Of a DNA stretch of 64,000 nucleotides, positions 30,218-45,600 are shown piece by piece. This DNA comes from Paramecium tetraurelia. Lineage: Eukaryota. Every line of letters starts with the position of its first letter. Positions within the stretch are counted from its first letter, which is position 1. A model generated the notes under the pieces. The model saw only the letters and a list, made by a program, of their open reading frames with translations. It ran no database searches and was not told the DNA's origin. The DNA is taken from assembly GCA_000165425.1 (NCBI GenBank), contig CT868652.1:310001-374000 (forward strand), given 5' to 3'. The position numbers were made by a program, and so were the translations under genes.

Positions 30218-33200
30218 ATGGAAGAGGGAAATCAAAAACAAAATCTATCCTTTTAAATAGCCTAACTGGAAGAGGAGTACAATAATTACATAGAGTAAAA
30301 TGCCATTTAATTTTAGCTCTTCTGAGGTTGTAATGGAATATTATAAAAATCAATAAAGAAGTGGATTGGATAAACATTTTCTTAAAATCGAAGAATGGCT
30401 GGATTAGGATGCTGTAAATATACTTAATTTATTCCAATTAGAAAGGTAAATAAAATCTTCCATTGGTCATTGAGGCAGAAGATGGCGTAGGCAAAAAAAC
30501 ATTGCTCGTTAAGTGGATTGCATACCATAATGCCAACAAAAAAGGAAGGTACCAAGACATCATTATTCCTCATTTTGCTATGGTTGGAGGAAACAACAGT
30601 AATTATTTTTATGCCATATACCGAATATTGGTTAAATTGAGGGAATTGCTAAATATAGGACAAAAGGTAGAGTTGTTGGAAGAGAAACTCCGAAAATACT
30701 TTGCATATTGGTTGGACATCTGCAATTCACACATTGAAAATCAAATTCTCAAAGAAGCTAAAACTCTTTACAATAGAATCATTCTCATCTTTGAGGGTGT
30801 TAATCATTTTATCGATTAAGGCAATGGTATCTCCAAAGAGGCTAATGTTTCCTTCTGGTTGCCTTAGTTTTTTCCTCCAAGAATCAAAGTTATTTTGACT
30901 GCATCCAAAAATTCAGGGGCCATGCAATATCTTTAGAAAATCAATTCACAAGTCATTTCAATCAAAGTTGAACCTAAAATCATTGAGAAAATGATAGAAA
31001 CACACAAAAAGAGAAAAACATTCCTTGTAATAATGTTAAATTAATATTAGTCTGATTCACTTAAGGATAAATTATTAAATATTCTAACTCAAACTAAATG
31101 TGAGATGAGTTCAATATTTTGTAAAACATTTTTGTCTCTACTGATCCCTTACCCAAGTGTTGGAATCATTGCAGAGAATGATGTTAGGCCAGATGTAATT
31201 GAATCTTTAGTTTCCTAAATTGATATGTCAAAATTGCAAGAAGTTTCTTGTTTAGATGATTTAGTGAATTTTATCCTGGATCATTATCAAGCAAAGATGT
31301 TCAAGGATTAAGACAAATTTATAAAAATACTAATATGCTTTACCATAACATAAAAGGGACTCATGATTTAGGAGGCATTGACAATTTGCCAATTAAATGA
31401 AAATGATTGGAAGACATTCTTAGTATTCTTTAAAGTGTATCTTATGCATTATAAAGAGTATTGGATTATAACTAACGATATTTTTAAGAGTATCATTCAA
31501 AAAAGATACCTAAAAGACAATTCTTCGGTTCCAAAATTACATGAAGAAATTGCTGATCATCTAAATAAATCAACTAATTCCATAAGAAAATTAGAAGAAT
31601 AAACATATCATTTATTCATGGCTAAAACATATTTTAAATTAAAGGAAATAGTTTCAGCTATTGAAAATTTTCTATTATTATTTAATCCCAATAATAAATA
31701 CGATCTATGTAGATATTGGTAAAAACTGGAGGAACAAGGATTTGATCCAGTGATTGAATATAATAAAGCTATTGAAGGTTTTTCAATGCAGTACCATCCA
31801 AGTAGTGAAGACATCTTTAGAATCATTGTGTAAGTGTCAAGGTTCTTAAAAGAGTTTTGTGATTTTGAAACTTATCACACTCCTAGTTTCAGACATCCAC
31901 CTATATAAGGCATTGAGGATGAATTGGACGATATTGGATTATTGAATGAACTATATAGGATGAATCTATGTTACATCATTGATGCCAATCCTAAGAAAAT
32001 TGGGAAGAATGATGAAAATTATAAATCCCCTTAAGAGAGAATCAATGAAAAGATTGAAAAACTTAAATCCAAACTAGTATTGCAAAAAGATTAAAAATAA
32101 ACAAAGAAACCTGGAAAAGAAGAAGATATAAAGAAAACACAAACTACTATTAGTCTACTAGAGAAAAAGAAGAAACCAGAAATCTTGACTAAACTAGAAA
32201 AATTGAATGTAGATATTCCCTACAATAGAGAATAAGTTAAGAAGTTCTTTGAAGAAAAAATAGGAATCAGTAGTGCTTAAGAAGATAAATAAAGAGAAAA
32301 GGAGTCAGAGGAAGCTAAAATTTATTAAAAATTGGAGAATGGATAGATTTCAATGAGAGATTTGGACATTAATCTAAGTAAGGATGAGGATGTTCAATTG
32401 AAAAAGCCTGGTTAATTAAAATTAACACATAATTAGATTTAAGTTAAGAAATTAGAAGAGCAATCATTAGTTAGTGAAAGGAAGCCCACGGATTATTATT
32501 ATAAGCGATGGATTTGGATTCAATTCCCTTGGGTTTGCTTGTCTGTTCATAGTGATTACTCTGCAAAAATGAAATAATGTTTTGCCAAAGCCACTGAATA
32601 TATGAGTGTTTAGGAAGAAAAGGCATTTACGAAATAAGCATTAAAGATAGCTATTGAAGCTAAATTAAAGAAGAAAATGATGTATCAAAAATAAGAGGAT
32701 GTCAATTCAACAATATTTGAAGATAAAGAATTATCTGTTATTCCTATTAAATAAGAGTAGAATACATCAATATTGACATTGATGAGACAATAACAAAATG
32801 AATTACAAGGTGTCAAAGGATTTAGAAAGGAGAAATCATTGGCTGAAAATACTCTTAACAATTTAAACTATAAATCTAACTATAGAGAAGTTAAATCCAC
32901 AAAAATGCATACTACTAGTTTGCAATTCTTTATTACAGAGGATCAAATGAGTCTATCTCAAATTCATAAAGAAATTGAAGAATAGAAGAAATAACAGCAG
33001 TAAAATTAAGTTGATAAAAAACAAACAACTCTACCTGCAATAAATAAAACTTAAGAAGTCACCTTAAATACAACAATGAGGATCATTGACAAATCTAAGA
33101 TGCAAAAAGAAAAGTTTAAATAGTTCAATCCAGAAACCATAAATAAATCATCTTAATCAATTTTACCTAGGTTGAAAAGTGAAATTGCACTCCATAATGG

Positions 33201-34661
33201 CAAAGAGCTCTACATAATGTTATAATAAGCAAAGGATTTGAAGAAGGAACTTGATAATATTATCTATTAAAAGTAATCTAATTAGGTTTAATTTTAGTCA
33301 AGCAGCGACGAAGAAATTAGCTAGTTTAAGAACATTATAGCACAATGAGGGTTTTGGAACAGATGTGGATACTGTTTCTTAGATTCAAGATAAAGTAAGT
33401 TTATTGATTTTATTAATAATTTCAGATTGAAAACCTCAAAAGATTAAGGGAGGAGGCTGAACATGACTACTTATTGAGTATGGTATAAGATAGTAGATTG
33501 AGAATTATTATTAAAATAAGTGGTGACAATAGATCCTATAATGAAGAATGGATCAGAGATTTGAATTATTTGTAATGTAATCTAAATAAACTGATTAAAT
33601 ATGAGAAATTAGATATCAGTAAGATGGAGGCTGAAATCAAATAATTACATACAATACATATTTAATATGTGGATGCATTTAATAACAATATGAATTATTC
33701 CAAATAAATGATCGATTAGATTAATAGAACTGTGAGACAGAAAGAAGACTTTGATCATTACTTTTAATAATCAGATTCGATCATTCAATAGTAATCCACT
33801 TAAAAAATGCAAAAACTCTAATAACAGTATGCCTAAAATGAAGATAAAGAATAGTAAAGATTGAAGAGAATTCAACTTGAGAGAAACAGCAGAGCTATTT
33901 CTGATAAGCTTGAAGTTCTTAGATAAACTATGGCCCATGTTAGTCAATACATAGAAGTAATGAAATGATGTTATATAATTTCAAGGTTGAAAATCCTGAT
34001 TATGCCAAAGAAGAAAGTTTTGTTGTATTTTTAAATTAATTGGAAATTAAAACATCTCTCGAAGCAAAAATATCATTTTAAGAAGATTTACTAAGTGATT
34101 TACACCTTAAATTACATAAATAAAAGATGTATCTAAATGTAAATTATATTTCTATACAATAAGACCTTTAAGAATGCTAATTCAAATGAGAGCAAGAAAG
34201 AACGTGTGAAAACAATTTAATTTATAAATGGTAAAGTATAAGACAATGAAACTATACAAAAGTTGATTGAAAAAAGAGATTAATAATTGAAATCGAATTA
34301 AGAGAAGGAAAAATAAAAGAATAAATTACAACTGGCATTACTAGATTACAATGTAATTAAGATTTGTGAAATTTTAGATTAGCATTAAAAATGTAAGATC
34401 AAAGTTGCAGTCTTGTAAGTTTAAGCCTACCTCTGAATAAGTAACTGTCTCTAAAATAACATTAATTAATGATGTATCTATTCTAATTATTATTTTAAGA
34501 TATATGAAGATTTAACTAAAAGATAAAATTTCATTAAAGAGAAACTTGGAGAAGACTTGTTTTAATAATTCTTAAATAAGAAACTTGACTTTAGTAAAGT
34601 GTACAAAGCAGCATTTAAATATCATTAAGATCCAACTTTAACACAGATGGAACCATATTGA
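30218..34661 (+). CDS. large NACHT/NPHP3-N-like P-loop protein with a C-terminal coiled coil
   Basis: PLVIEAEDGVGKKTLLVKW; IIIPHF; ILIFEGVNHF; WLPQFFPPRIKVILT; then helical and coiled-coil regions. Multiple short introns. Confidence 0.7.
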
Positions 34662-35687
34662 AGTTTTAATAAAAAGTCTATATATTTAATTAGATATATC
34701 GTAAATATATTTTCAAATTAAAAAGAAACAATTGTTCTAATATCTCTTCAATCATGAATCCAATGAATACTTTATAAGTTGATTTATTTGTCTATTAAAG
34801 GCATTTCTATATAATCAACAATGGAATACAAGAATTCCGCCTTGAGTAATTTTATTTAATACTCTACAATTAATCTCGATTTAGTTGAAATAAAGCAAAA
34901 ACTCTTTTATAAGACTGACTTATATAAACATAGTGTTAAGTGGTTGAGAAAGAAAAGAAATTTTACTATCCTTAGAATTCTTGATCAAAGCATATGATTT
35001 TAAATTTACATAGAAATTATAATGTACAAAAAAAGCAATCTGCAATAGGATTTTGAGTATTGATTTATGGTGAAATATTATCAAAAAGTATTTATTTATA
35101 GTTTATAGTAATCAGTCCATAATTAAAAAAAATATTTAATTTCATACTAAATTAATGTTTAAAGACTCAGAAAATAAAGAGATGTATTTGTGAATCAATT
35201 AAGGATTGAGCTGAAATAAGTATATTAAATGGGTAATCAAACAAAGAGCTCATATCCTCTGATAGTTCTAAATTCTTTTATTTTATTTTTAAATTAAGTT
35301 TATGTAATTGTTAGTAAATTTTGTCGAATAAATTATCAGAAACATCATTAAAAATTATTAAATAAAAATATTATAGATGTTAATGTTAGAATACATGAGT
35401 TCAATAGATTGAGTCTCTTCAGCTTAGCTTATTATCAATTTCCATAGGGAAGATTGACAGATTTATAGATATAAGATCCTTAATTCTATTACTTTTACAG
35501 TTAGAAAAGTATTTGAAGATTCTCATGAGTTGAATTGATGAATAATGATATTTACATGAGATTTGGTAAGTAAATTATGTTTATATTAAAAAAGTATTAG
35601 GAAGTATAGAATGAATAAGATATTCCATATGCGAATATTTTTAATTTAAGAAAAAATTACTAAAATCAATAATTAATAATAATTCTT

Positions 35688-36614
35688 ATGAAATAATTCT
35701 TAACAGCAGCAATAGTAACTCTATTAATGACAGCTGGTTATTATCATCTTTAAGAGGATGATACAAATGATTTCGAGAGATGGGCATTGAAAAATAACAA
35801 ATTTTACACAGAAAGCGAAAAATTGTACAGAATGGAAATTTATAATTCAAACAAAAGAATGATCGAAGAACACAATTAAAGAGAAGATGTCACTTACTAA
35901 ATGGGTGAAAATTAATTTATGACTCTCTCTCATGAAGAATTCGTGGATCTTTATTTATAAAAGAGTGATTCTTCTGTAAATATTATGGGAGCTTCTTTAC
36001 CAGAGGTTTAACTTGAAGGATTGGGTGCTGTTGATTGGAGAAATTACACAACAGTCAAAGAGTAAGGTTAATGCGCATCTGGGTGGGCCTTTTCTGTCAG
36101 TAACTCATTGGAGGCATGGTATGCCATAAGAGGATTTTAAAAAATAAATGCATCAACATAACAAATTGTTGACTGTGATTATAACAATACTGGATGCAGT
36201 GGAGGTTATAATGCCTATGCTATGGAATATGTATTGAGAGTAGGATTAGTAAGCAGCACAAATTATCCATATGTTGCCAAAAACTAAACTTGCAAATAAT
36301 CAAGAAATGGTACTTATTTCATTAATGGTTACTCATTTGTTGGAGGATCTTAATCTAATTTATAATACTACCTCAATAACTACCCAATATCAGTAGGAGT
36401 TGAAGCTAGCAATTGGTAATTTTATAGATCAGGATTATTCTCAAACTGTTCATCCAATGGAACCAATCATTATGCTTTGGCAGTAGGTTTTGACTCAGCT
36501 AATAATTGGATTGTCTAAAATTCATGGGGAACTCAATGGGGTGAAAGTGGAAATATCAGATTGTATCCTCAAAACACATGCGGAATCTTAAATTATCCTT
36601 ACCAAGTTTATTGA
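35688..36614 (+). CDS. cathepsin L-like papain-family (C1A) protein, catalytic Cys replaced by Gly (308 aa)
   Basis: Signal peptide; I29 propeptide; VDWR; QGQCASGWAF; NHYALAVGF; NSWG. Intronless. Confidence 0.92.
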
Positions 36615-36681
36615 GGATTTTTATACATTTAAAAAATAAATATAGATTTTTTATATAAATGATATATATATCTCTGTGTAT

Positions 36682-39600
36682 TCAGATTTTTGTAACAAAT
36701 TCAATTTTATCATTATAGCCTGCTTTTGGTGTTTTAAAGGCTGATTTACCCATCAAGGTGGTATCAGGTAATTTATTGTTTGTAGTTTCATTTTATTAGA
36801 TTTGAATAGTAGGAATTACCACTTAGCTTTTGCGTTGATTTACTCTCCTTATGCACACTATAGTAATAAGAATGATAAAGGCAAGTGGGATGACAATTGA
36901 CAGAATAATAATTAAGGATTATTCTTAGTTGTAATCATTGTCATCAAAAGGTTCAGAATCTTTTGAAATAATGACTTTTCCATTGTTGTTTTTGTCTTAA
37001 TTTACGCTTTCATTCTCACTAATAGATATGATATCAAGACCTTAAGAGGATGTATCAGAATAATTAGTGTTTGTCTCAACAATTGGATTAGATATTATAG
37101 TATCTAGTACTAAAAATTATAAAAAATACTTACATTCAGTTGGCTCAGAACTTGGAAAGTTGATTTCAGTTAGAATATATGATTCATAAGATTAGGAAAG
37201 AATTTCATATATTCCAAAATCAGGATCTGGAGTGAATTGAGATAACTTATCAATATATTTAGATAGTCTCTCTTCGGATCCATAAGCTTCTGGTGTACCT
37301 GGTTAAGCATCGTCAATAATAGCCCATTCAAATGTGATTTCGACTAGATCAGATTCTCCTAGTCTTCTCCTTCCTTCATCTATGGAATTAGAACAAACTG
37401 TGTTTTAAGAATCAATTTGGAAATATAGTTACATTGTTAACTCAAATTGGATACAATTCAAAGATTGATTAGCTAAAAATTTCTATTTTATAGCAAGATA
37501 ATTGAACAATTTCACATCTACATAACAATCTGGTTCTTAAGTCAATGTAAAATCAAGTTTATTTTTTATAAATGAATAGTTATAAGATCCGCATGAGTCG
37601 AGTAAACTAGGTGAAATTGTAATACCATTTTTAAATAGTTTAGGCATCAATTTGATATCAAATTTGATTGAAATGATTACCTAATCCTATGCTTTAGCAT
37701 CAGAATTTTAGGATAACCAAAATTTTGAGGATGTAGGTTATAGTCCAGTTGTATTCAATCCGATAATAGAATTGGCAGATACTAAACCTATGAAATTGGA
37801 TTCCCTTGTTTATAAAGGTTTGCTCTAAAGCCAATTCCATTCATAACAACTATTTAAAATATTCTTGTTCTTTCCATCAGATAAAACAACAGGAGAAAAC
37901 AAACGAGTATTTTCATCTGGAGCAGTACTCATAAAATACAATACTTAGATATTTCTACCTGGGCACCAATAACCATTCCATTGTTCAATTCTCTTGCAAT
38001 ATTTAGCATGCTACCCAAATTCAGTATTATTCGATATACCTTATCCTATTTCTCCAAAGAAGTCTCCTGTTAAATCTTCAATTAATATATTCTTTTATCC
38101 TGTGCATTCCATAGAGCCACATCCACCTAAGAATCCAATCTTATTAAAATCTGAATCTCTTAATCTATATAACAAAGATTCAAATTCACAATCAGTACAT
38201 AATGTATTTTTTAAATAATGTCTGCCTGTCATATCAATGGCTTGAGGGTGTTGTCTGAATACTGCATTTTCAACACAATTCGCAACCTAATTGTTGTTAA
38301 CCTTAAATTAGTTGAATTCTAAATTGTTAACCAAAACCTTTAAATCCATTACCTGTTTAGTACTTATCCAATCAAATTGATCTGACATCAAATTATCTAC
38401 TGTAGGCACGAATGATTAAGATGACATAGTTGCCAATTGCATACCAAGAGTGGAAGAGCAATAATTTACATCTATATTCTCATAACATGAAAAACAATTA
38501 GGACGAGCAACAGCAGTGATATAACCATCACTAATTTTTATTACATTATTCATTTCATTTATTGATGATCCTTTCAATATTATGTTGATCTTATTCTCAG
38601 CAGTTATAAACTTCTTCATTTCTAATTACCTAGAATTTACAGAAAACATTATTCCAATTTTGCTATGATAAGCATAAAGATCTGATATGGCATCACAAGC
38701 ACTATTTCTCTGGACAACAGCAAAACAAGCATTCTATGCTGAAGAACAAACATTATTATAGATATTTGCTTGATCCACTTAATTGCAATAAGTAGAAACT
38801 ATATAGAATCCTGCATCTTCTGATCCTTGTCCAATATTCTCTGTTATCTCTAAATTACTTCTTAGGATATTGAGATTGCTCTTCGAAAATATAAAATTGG
38901 CCAAAACTGCCCAATTACTTGTAACTGCTTTTTTGACATGAATCAATATGTTATTCTTAAATATCAAATATTTTTAATCCACTATCTCTACCAATGCTTT
39001 TACTCCTGAATAAAATACATTATTTAGTACTGAAACCTTGTTACTATTGGAAATCCTCAAAAATTTCCCTTAGCCTTCATGAAAACTACAACCAACGATA
39101 CTGCTAGTTTAGGATGCTTAAATGAAAATGTTCTCAATTGTTAAGCCAGCTTTCTCTATTTAACCAAAATTTACTAGCTCTACACCTTGTAAACTTATCT
39201 ACCCAATATAAATGTCATTTTCTATTAAACCATGAACTATTTATATGGTTCCTCCTTGACTTAAATCAGGATTCTAGATTTTTATTTTTCTGCTTAAATG
39301 AACAACCAATGTTCTCATATCCAACTAACCTATATTATTTTTCATTATTGTAATTGATCTATCTCCATAATAATCATATCTCAATGGAGAATTTAAAGTT
39401 AACACACAACCCTATTTATTTATTATCACTTTTTCCTCATTATAATTCCATCTAGTTCCTGAAGGCCCAAGTGCTATTTTATCTCCTATTTACCAATCTT
39501 AGCATTCCTAAACTTCTATGTTATTAGAACCAGCCTAAGAACTTACGACTAATCGAGTCTGGAATGTTTACGGAATAGTGGAGTATAATTCAAATCTATT

Positions 39601-42600
39601 GAACACTTAAATGTTAAGGGATTTGATAGTTATTTTGCCTTCAAATGGGTTTTCTTTACTTCCTGCAATAATTTAACCTTAACTAATAATAATTGAACTG
39701 CTTTATAGAACTGACTCTTGTCTTTTCTTATCAAATATCAATTAGCCTTCAATTGTCAATTCATCCAACTCTGGTGGATCTATGTCTAAAATTATCTAAT
39801 AGCCTTTTTTAATTGTAACCTTGTCACCAACCTTTGGAATTTGATTTGGTTTCCATGCTAAAGGAGAAGACCAATTGTAAATAGTATTAACTTAATTATC
39901 ATTATTACCAGTATTTGTATTATCATTATTATTATTACCTGTATTAGTATTATCGGTATTATTATTATTTGTATTATCAGTATTATTGTTATCTGAATTA
40001 TTTGTATTACCAGTGTTATTATTATCTGTATTATTTGTATTACCAGTGTTATTATTATTTGTATTATCTGTATTGCCAGTGTTATTATTATTTGTATTAT
40101 CTGTGTTACCAGTATTATTATTATTAGAATTATCAGTATTATTATTATTAGTATTAGAATTGTCAGTATTTGTATTATCAGTATTACCATTATTATTATT
40201 GGTATTAGAATTATCAGTATTTGTATTTTCAGTATTACCACTATTGTTAGTATTACCATTATTATTTGTGTTATCAGTATTTCCAGTATTAGTATTATTG
40301 TCTGTATTACCATTATCAGTACCACCATTATTATTTTCATTACCAGTAGTATTATCTGTATTACTATCACCGCCATTATTATTATTATTGTTTTCAGTGT
40401 TATTACTATCTTAACCTCCACTAGATCCATCATCATTGTTTTAGATTAATAATATATTAGGACATTAAGCATTTTCATTTGCAAAGTTACATTAATCATT
40501 ATTTAAGCATATCATTCCTTTGACTTTAATTGGGTATTTACTCTTTTATTATTGACCAGAGATGCAAATATATAAAGATTTTGTAATCTAATCATTATAC
40601 CAATCACCAAATTAACAGTTTTATTAGTTAGGAATTTCCAACAATGGCTAAAATGCTTAATCTCTAAATCTGTAGACTTGGAAATTCTAATTACTTAATA
40701 AATACTAAATCTTGATTATCAAAGGATTCTATAAATTAGTCAAAGTAGAAGAGCTAATTATACTTAAATCAATAGCATCAGCATTAGGAAAATTGAATTA
40801 GGTCTCGAATACTTCAGTTTCTGTCCTTATAATAAGATTTAAATCATTAAATATATTTTACCACACAGAAAATAGTTTAAGGATATATGCTAAATTCTAT
40901 TAATCTTATTGTTATTGAGTATCTAATAAAATGTTTATTTGAATTCCATGACCTACAACAGAATGTGCAACATTGTTTTGGATATTCTTTACATCCCACC
41001 CTAAAGGTTGTGTCATCAGATGATCATGACTATTGATTCTATTAACAAAGATATTGAACCCAATATAATCACTTGAAATTGCCCTATTGTTAATGATAGT
41101 ATTTTATGGATTTGATATGTAAAATGCCGAGGATTATCTGTCTATATCTTACAATTAGTTTATGTATGTCTAAAAATTGAAGAAAGAACAAGAGTTGTCA
41201 ACATATTAGTTTGATTTTATACTAATAACTAGATTAGATTCAATTCTATTATGAATATCTGCAACACTAGTTAAATGAATAGCATTTCCAATGATATTAA
41301 AGCAGACATTATTTATTACCCTTAGATATTTTACATTATTCAATACAATGCATCTTGAATAACTGTCATGAATAGAATTACCTTCAATGAGTGATTAATC
41401 CATTTCTTCATTATTAAAAAAGTGAATGGGATATCTACCGACAAGATTAGTCTATCCTCCATTTGCAATTTCAACATTTGATATTTTGACTATGGTTCCT
41501 TCACTTTATCTTCCATTAATATGAATATGAACACCATAATTGTTTGAACCTTGTGATTCTGTCTGAATCAAAATGTTTCTTGACAATAAACCAACTTCAG
41601 TTTTCGATGTTAATTCTGATGTATGTGTATAACTGAGTGGTTTATCTAGAGTAATACTTTTTTTATCAGAACTAACAGCTTTGATAATTCTAATTTCATT
41701 CTCTTCAATATTATTACTACTAGTGGCAATTACAATGGATTCACCCACATTCCAATCTACGGATGAACTCAATTTAATTATGCTATCACCCTTTAAGACT
41801 TTAGAATCTAAGAAACTCCAAGTGAAAGTTCTTTATTTACCAAACATTTGGATTTAACACTTTATACATCCTATAACTTTGTTTCCAATTAAAGGGAATT
41901 AAAAATCGGTTTCTCTTCCGCTTATCATAATGATAGCTTAATGCTAGTAGGGTTAATCTTGAGACCCAATAATTAAGGAACCTTCCCTTAGTATAATTGA
42001 GTTGGCAATCAATTTGGTGTCTTGTTCATCAGCAAATATCAATGTTCCTTCAATAATTAGTCTCTCAAGTTGTTTTGTATTGACATCTAATAATACTTTT
42101 TAATAATTTTTAATTAGGACTGAATCTTCATCCTTTGGAACCTTATACTCCCATGTTGAAGCGTCTGACCACTTTTAAATATACATAAACTGTTATATAA
42201 CAAGAGCTTAAGCTTTTGACACATAGACAACTAATCCACTGTTATCTGTAAACACAGTTTTAATTCCAGTTTTACATGTAATTTATGTAGTAATAACACT
42301 CAATATAAGGCATTGGACATTATCTATGGTTACAATAGTTTAATCTGGAATGAAACCACTTCCCTTGATAGTTATTACAGTTTCTACATTTACAGGTCCA
42401 TATTTAGGTACCACTGATTCTACAATTGGTTGATGTTGATAAGGGAATGTGTTTGCATTTGACAAACTAGGTAATTGAATGCCATTTACATTTATATCAA
42501 GTTGGCAAGTAGTAAGTATATCATCATCATAGTAGATCCATCCGTATAATTCAATTTCAGAAAAGGAACATTAAGATCCTTAAACCCCTTGATCATCTAT

Positions 42601-45600
42601 GAATTTAATTGCATTAATCTTATCTATTGGCGTTTAAAGTATGACAATATTCCAACCTTCATTAATGTATTTTAATTATTCCAATGATATCCAGTTCTAA
42701 CCATCAATAGTATAATAAATTTTAATTGTCCTTAATTTGTTTTAATCAAATTCTAATTTTGGTTAAAATCTTAATTTAGTAAGTTTCAGCTAGGCATATT
42801 ATGATTTCAGATTAAATTATATAAAGCATGAGGTTTATGAATCAGATGAGTACTCTGTTGATATTATATCATCATATATATTCTGTGCTAATTCCATTTT
42901 ATCCCCTGATATAATCAAGTCTTTAAGAAGTATCTTGGAATATGGTGTAGATTATAATAATTATGATGGTAATAACATCGGAGCTAATACTTCTAAACTA
43001 TTGAAACTGGATGACAGCACTTTACAGGTCAATCCACAAAATTTGACTAAATGTGAAAAAGAGTTAGAAGAAAACCCTACACCACTTATATTGATAATGA
43101 CTCCACCTATAGTAGAAAAAGAAGGATTATTTACTGTTGGTGCTTGAGATTAATCCAAAATCAAATTTTCATAATTTCCATCTGAAAAAGTACCATAATA
43201 ACTGTCTACTCTTATTTCTATCTAGTAAGTTCCAATTGGAACATTTGAAAATTCTAATTCCAATATAGTTGAAGTTCCTGAATTCTTTTTTCCTGTTTAT
43301 ATTTCTGTTTCACCTATTAGTCGAACTGATACATCAGTCCCAGCCAGATTTTCTCCTTGAATTTTCAATTGAAAAGTACCAGAAATGTGAATAATTGCAT
43401 TTCTAGTAGCATCTAATTTATCTTCACTATCAATTTAAATTGAAGTCACTTTAGGAGATAGAGCATAATCTTTAATATTGATTGCCATGTTTCTAGTTAA
43501 TACTTTATCTTAGTTTTCTTGATCAATTTGATTTAATGTAAGCATGTATTAACCAGCTGTAAGTCTAGCCTTAAAATTACATTATATATCTGTAGAATTA
43601 ATCACTTTGATTTCAGTACATTCCTTATCTTATACTAAAATATCTTTAATGTAAATTTCATTGAATCCCCATCCCTTAATTAAGATCACACCTCCTCCAG
43701 AAGATGTATCACTTATAGATGTGATTCCCAATCCAAATCTTGTATACCAATATAGGAACGTAGAAGAATACGAAAGAACAGGTTGGGTTAAATGTAATCC
43801 TTAAGTCAACTGTGGAACTATAACAATAGTTACTTAATTAGCTGCTTAAGTAATCAGGGAGAATTTAGTTTGACCATTTTAACTGAAGGACAGTTTTATA
43901 GCCGCAAGCTTGGTCATTAAATCAGAAGCAGTAGCAGATAATTGGAATAACATTTAAACAGCTTATCCTGGGGTAAACTCTAGAATTTTTTAATCCCAAA
44001 CTATATCATATGATTAGAGAGCATCAATATATTGAGACTATTTGTAAAATAGTAAAGGATTGGAATTTTATTACTTAGCCTCTTCAGACCATAGCATTAG
44101 GTACTTTGGTTTATATTTAAGATAGTTAATTGTATTATCAAGAATTGTAACTTTAATAAAATCTGGAGCTAGTTGGTACTCAAATTTGCAGGCTAGACAA
44201 GTTGTTACATGCTTAAAGTTCTAGATGAGACGAAATACTCCAGATTGTACATCCAATATTTAGGGTGGACTCATACAAGATAGATTGGTGTCATTTCTAT
44301 ATGTAATATCACAAATCTAAGGGTTTACAGAATTAAAAGAGATAATACTCGGACCATTCAGAAAGTTAGATCCTAACACCTTTACTTGGTATCCACCAAA
44401 TGATTTAATTTTGATTGTCGATGAATTAGGAGTTAAGTGAGTTATTGAAATGTCAACTGTAATTGCTGATGATGTTTATCCATATTATTTCCTTTAAACC
44501 AATAATTGGGTTTTAGCTATTTCTAATGTAACATTGACTTGCACTGTTAGTAATTTGTCTTGTACATCAATTACTTAAATTTCCTTATTCTGAATAAATG
44601 CCTTAACATCCTGTAGGACTGTTCCAAAATTAGTTCCTGTTACTTGTAAAGTATCCCTGAAAAATGGTGATATTAAAATAGAACTTAACTTTGTTATGGT
44701 TAGTTTATAAGCCAAATTATAAGTAAATGAAGAGTCACTGTAGGAATTACCATTAAATTCAATTTTTATAGTTCCATCAGTTCCTGCAGGATGCATAAAT
44801 ACAATCTTCTAATTACTTACAGTCAAAGGAGTAATTTAAGTGGTTCCCATTTTTAGTACAAACTTTCTTGAAAAATCTTTTGGAAATCCAAGCCCTAACA
44901 AAGTAATTTCAGCTCCTCCATCAGGAGATGCAGAGCTAGGATTGATTGAGTTGAATTCTAATGATGTTAAAGCAGCAATCACACTTGGATCTCTTCTTAT
45001 GTATCCATATAGTTTGTTCAAGACAATAGGGTATTAGTTTGTACCAGCCTCTGCTACTACTTAAGCATTCTAGGTCTCAAGTGTACAAAGTAATTTAAAT
45101 AAATCACCATCATTTGTTTAAATCTTAATATCTCCACAAATAGCTCCTCTAAACTCAATAGTAAAATCAGTAGCTGCTAAAGTAAACTAAGCATCTGACT
45201 GAATAGTAAAGCTCAGACTCATAATTTCATTACTTACGCCATATGATTACAAAACAAATAAATTTGTCTACTAAAAGTTGAAATCACAAGCGCCCTCATA
45301 TAAACAAGCCCCTTGTCCTTCAGATGTAGAAACTTAAACCTAAGGTTTAGTACCATAGGTGAATAATTTAAGTGTTGGTATTGGTTCATACAACTGAGAA
45401 TTACAAGATTTTATGTTTTTGACTACCAAATTTACAATCCCATTCCCAGATTGTAAATTATTCCATGATGATTAGAAATTTTAGATAGTATTTGCACAAG
45501 AGCTAAAGAGTATATTCCAAATCTAACCATCCTTGGGTCTTCCCTCAGTCCAGACTATAGGTCTTTCACCTATTAGTCTTTAGAAATTATCAGCCAAAAC

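Noticed and set aside
34821..34997. Short 58-codon ORF (MEYKNSALSNF...) in the 1-kb spacer
   Set aside because: No recognisable motif. ORFs this long arise easily when TGA is the only stop.
39905..40430. CRISPR-like or satellite array
   Set aside because: Units are codon-phased, degenerate and lack unique spacers. This is a coding repeat in eukaryotic DNA.
39858..40436. Two long hydrophobic ORFs in the track (Ile-rich minus, Leu/Val-rich plus)
   Set aside because: They are off-frame and antisense shadows of the Asn/Thr repeat in the fibrocystin-like gene.
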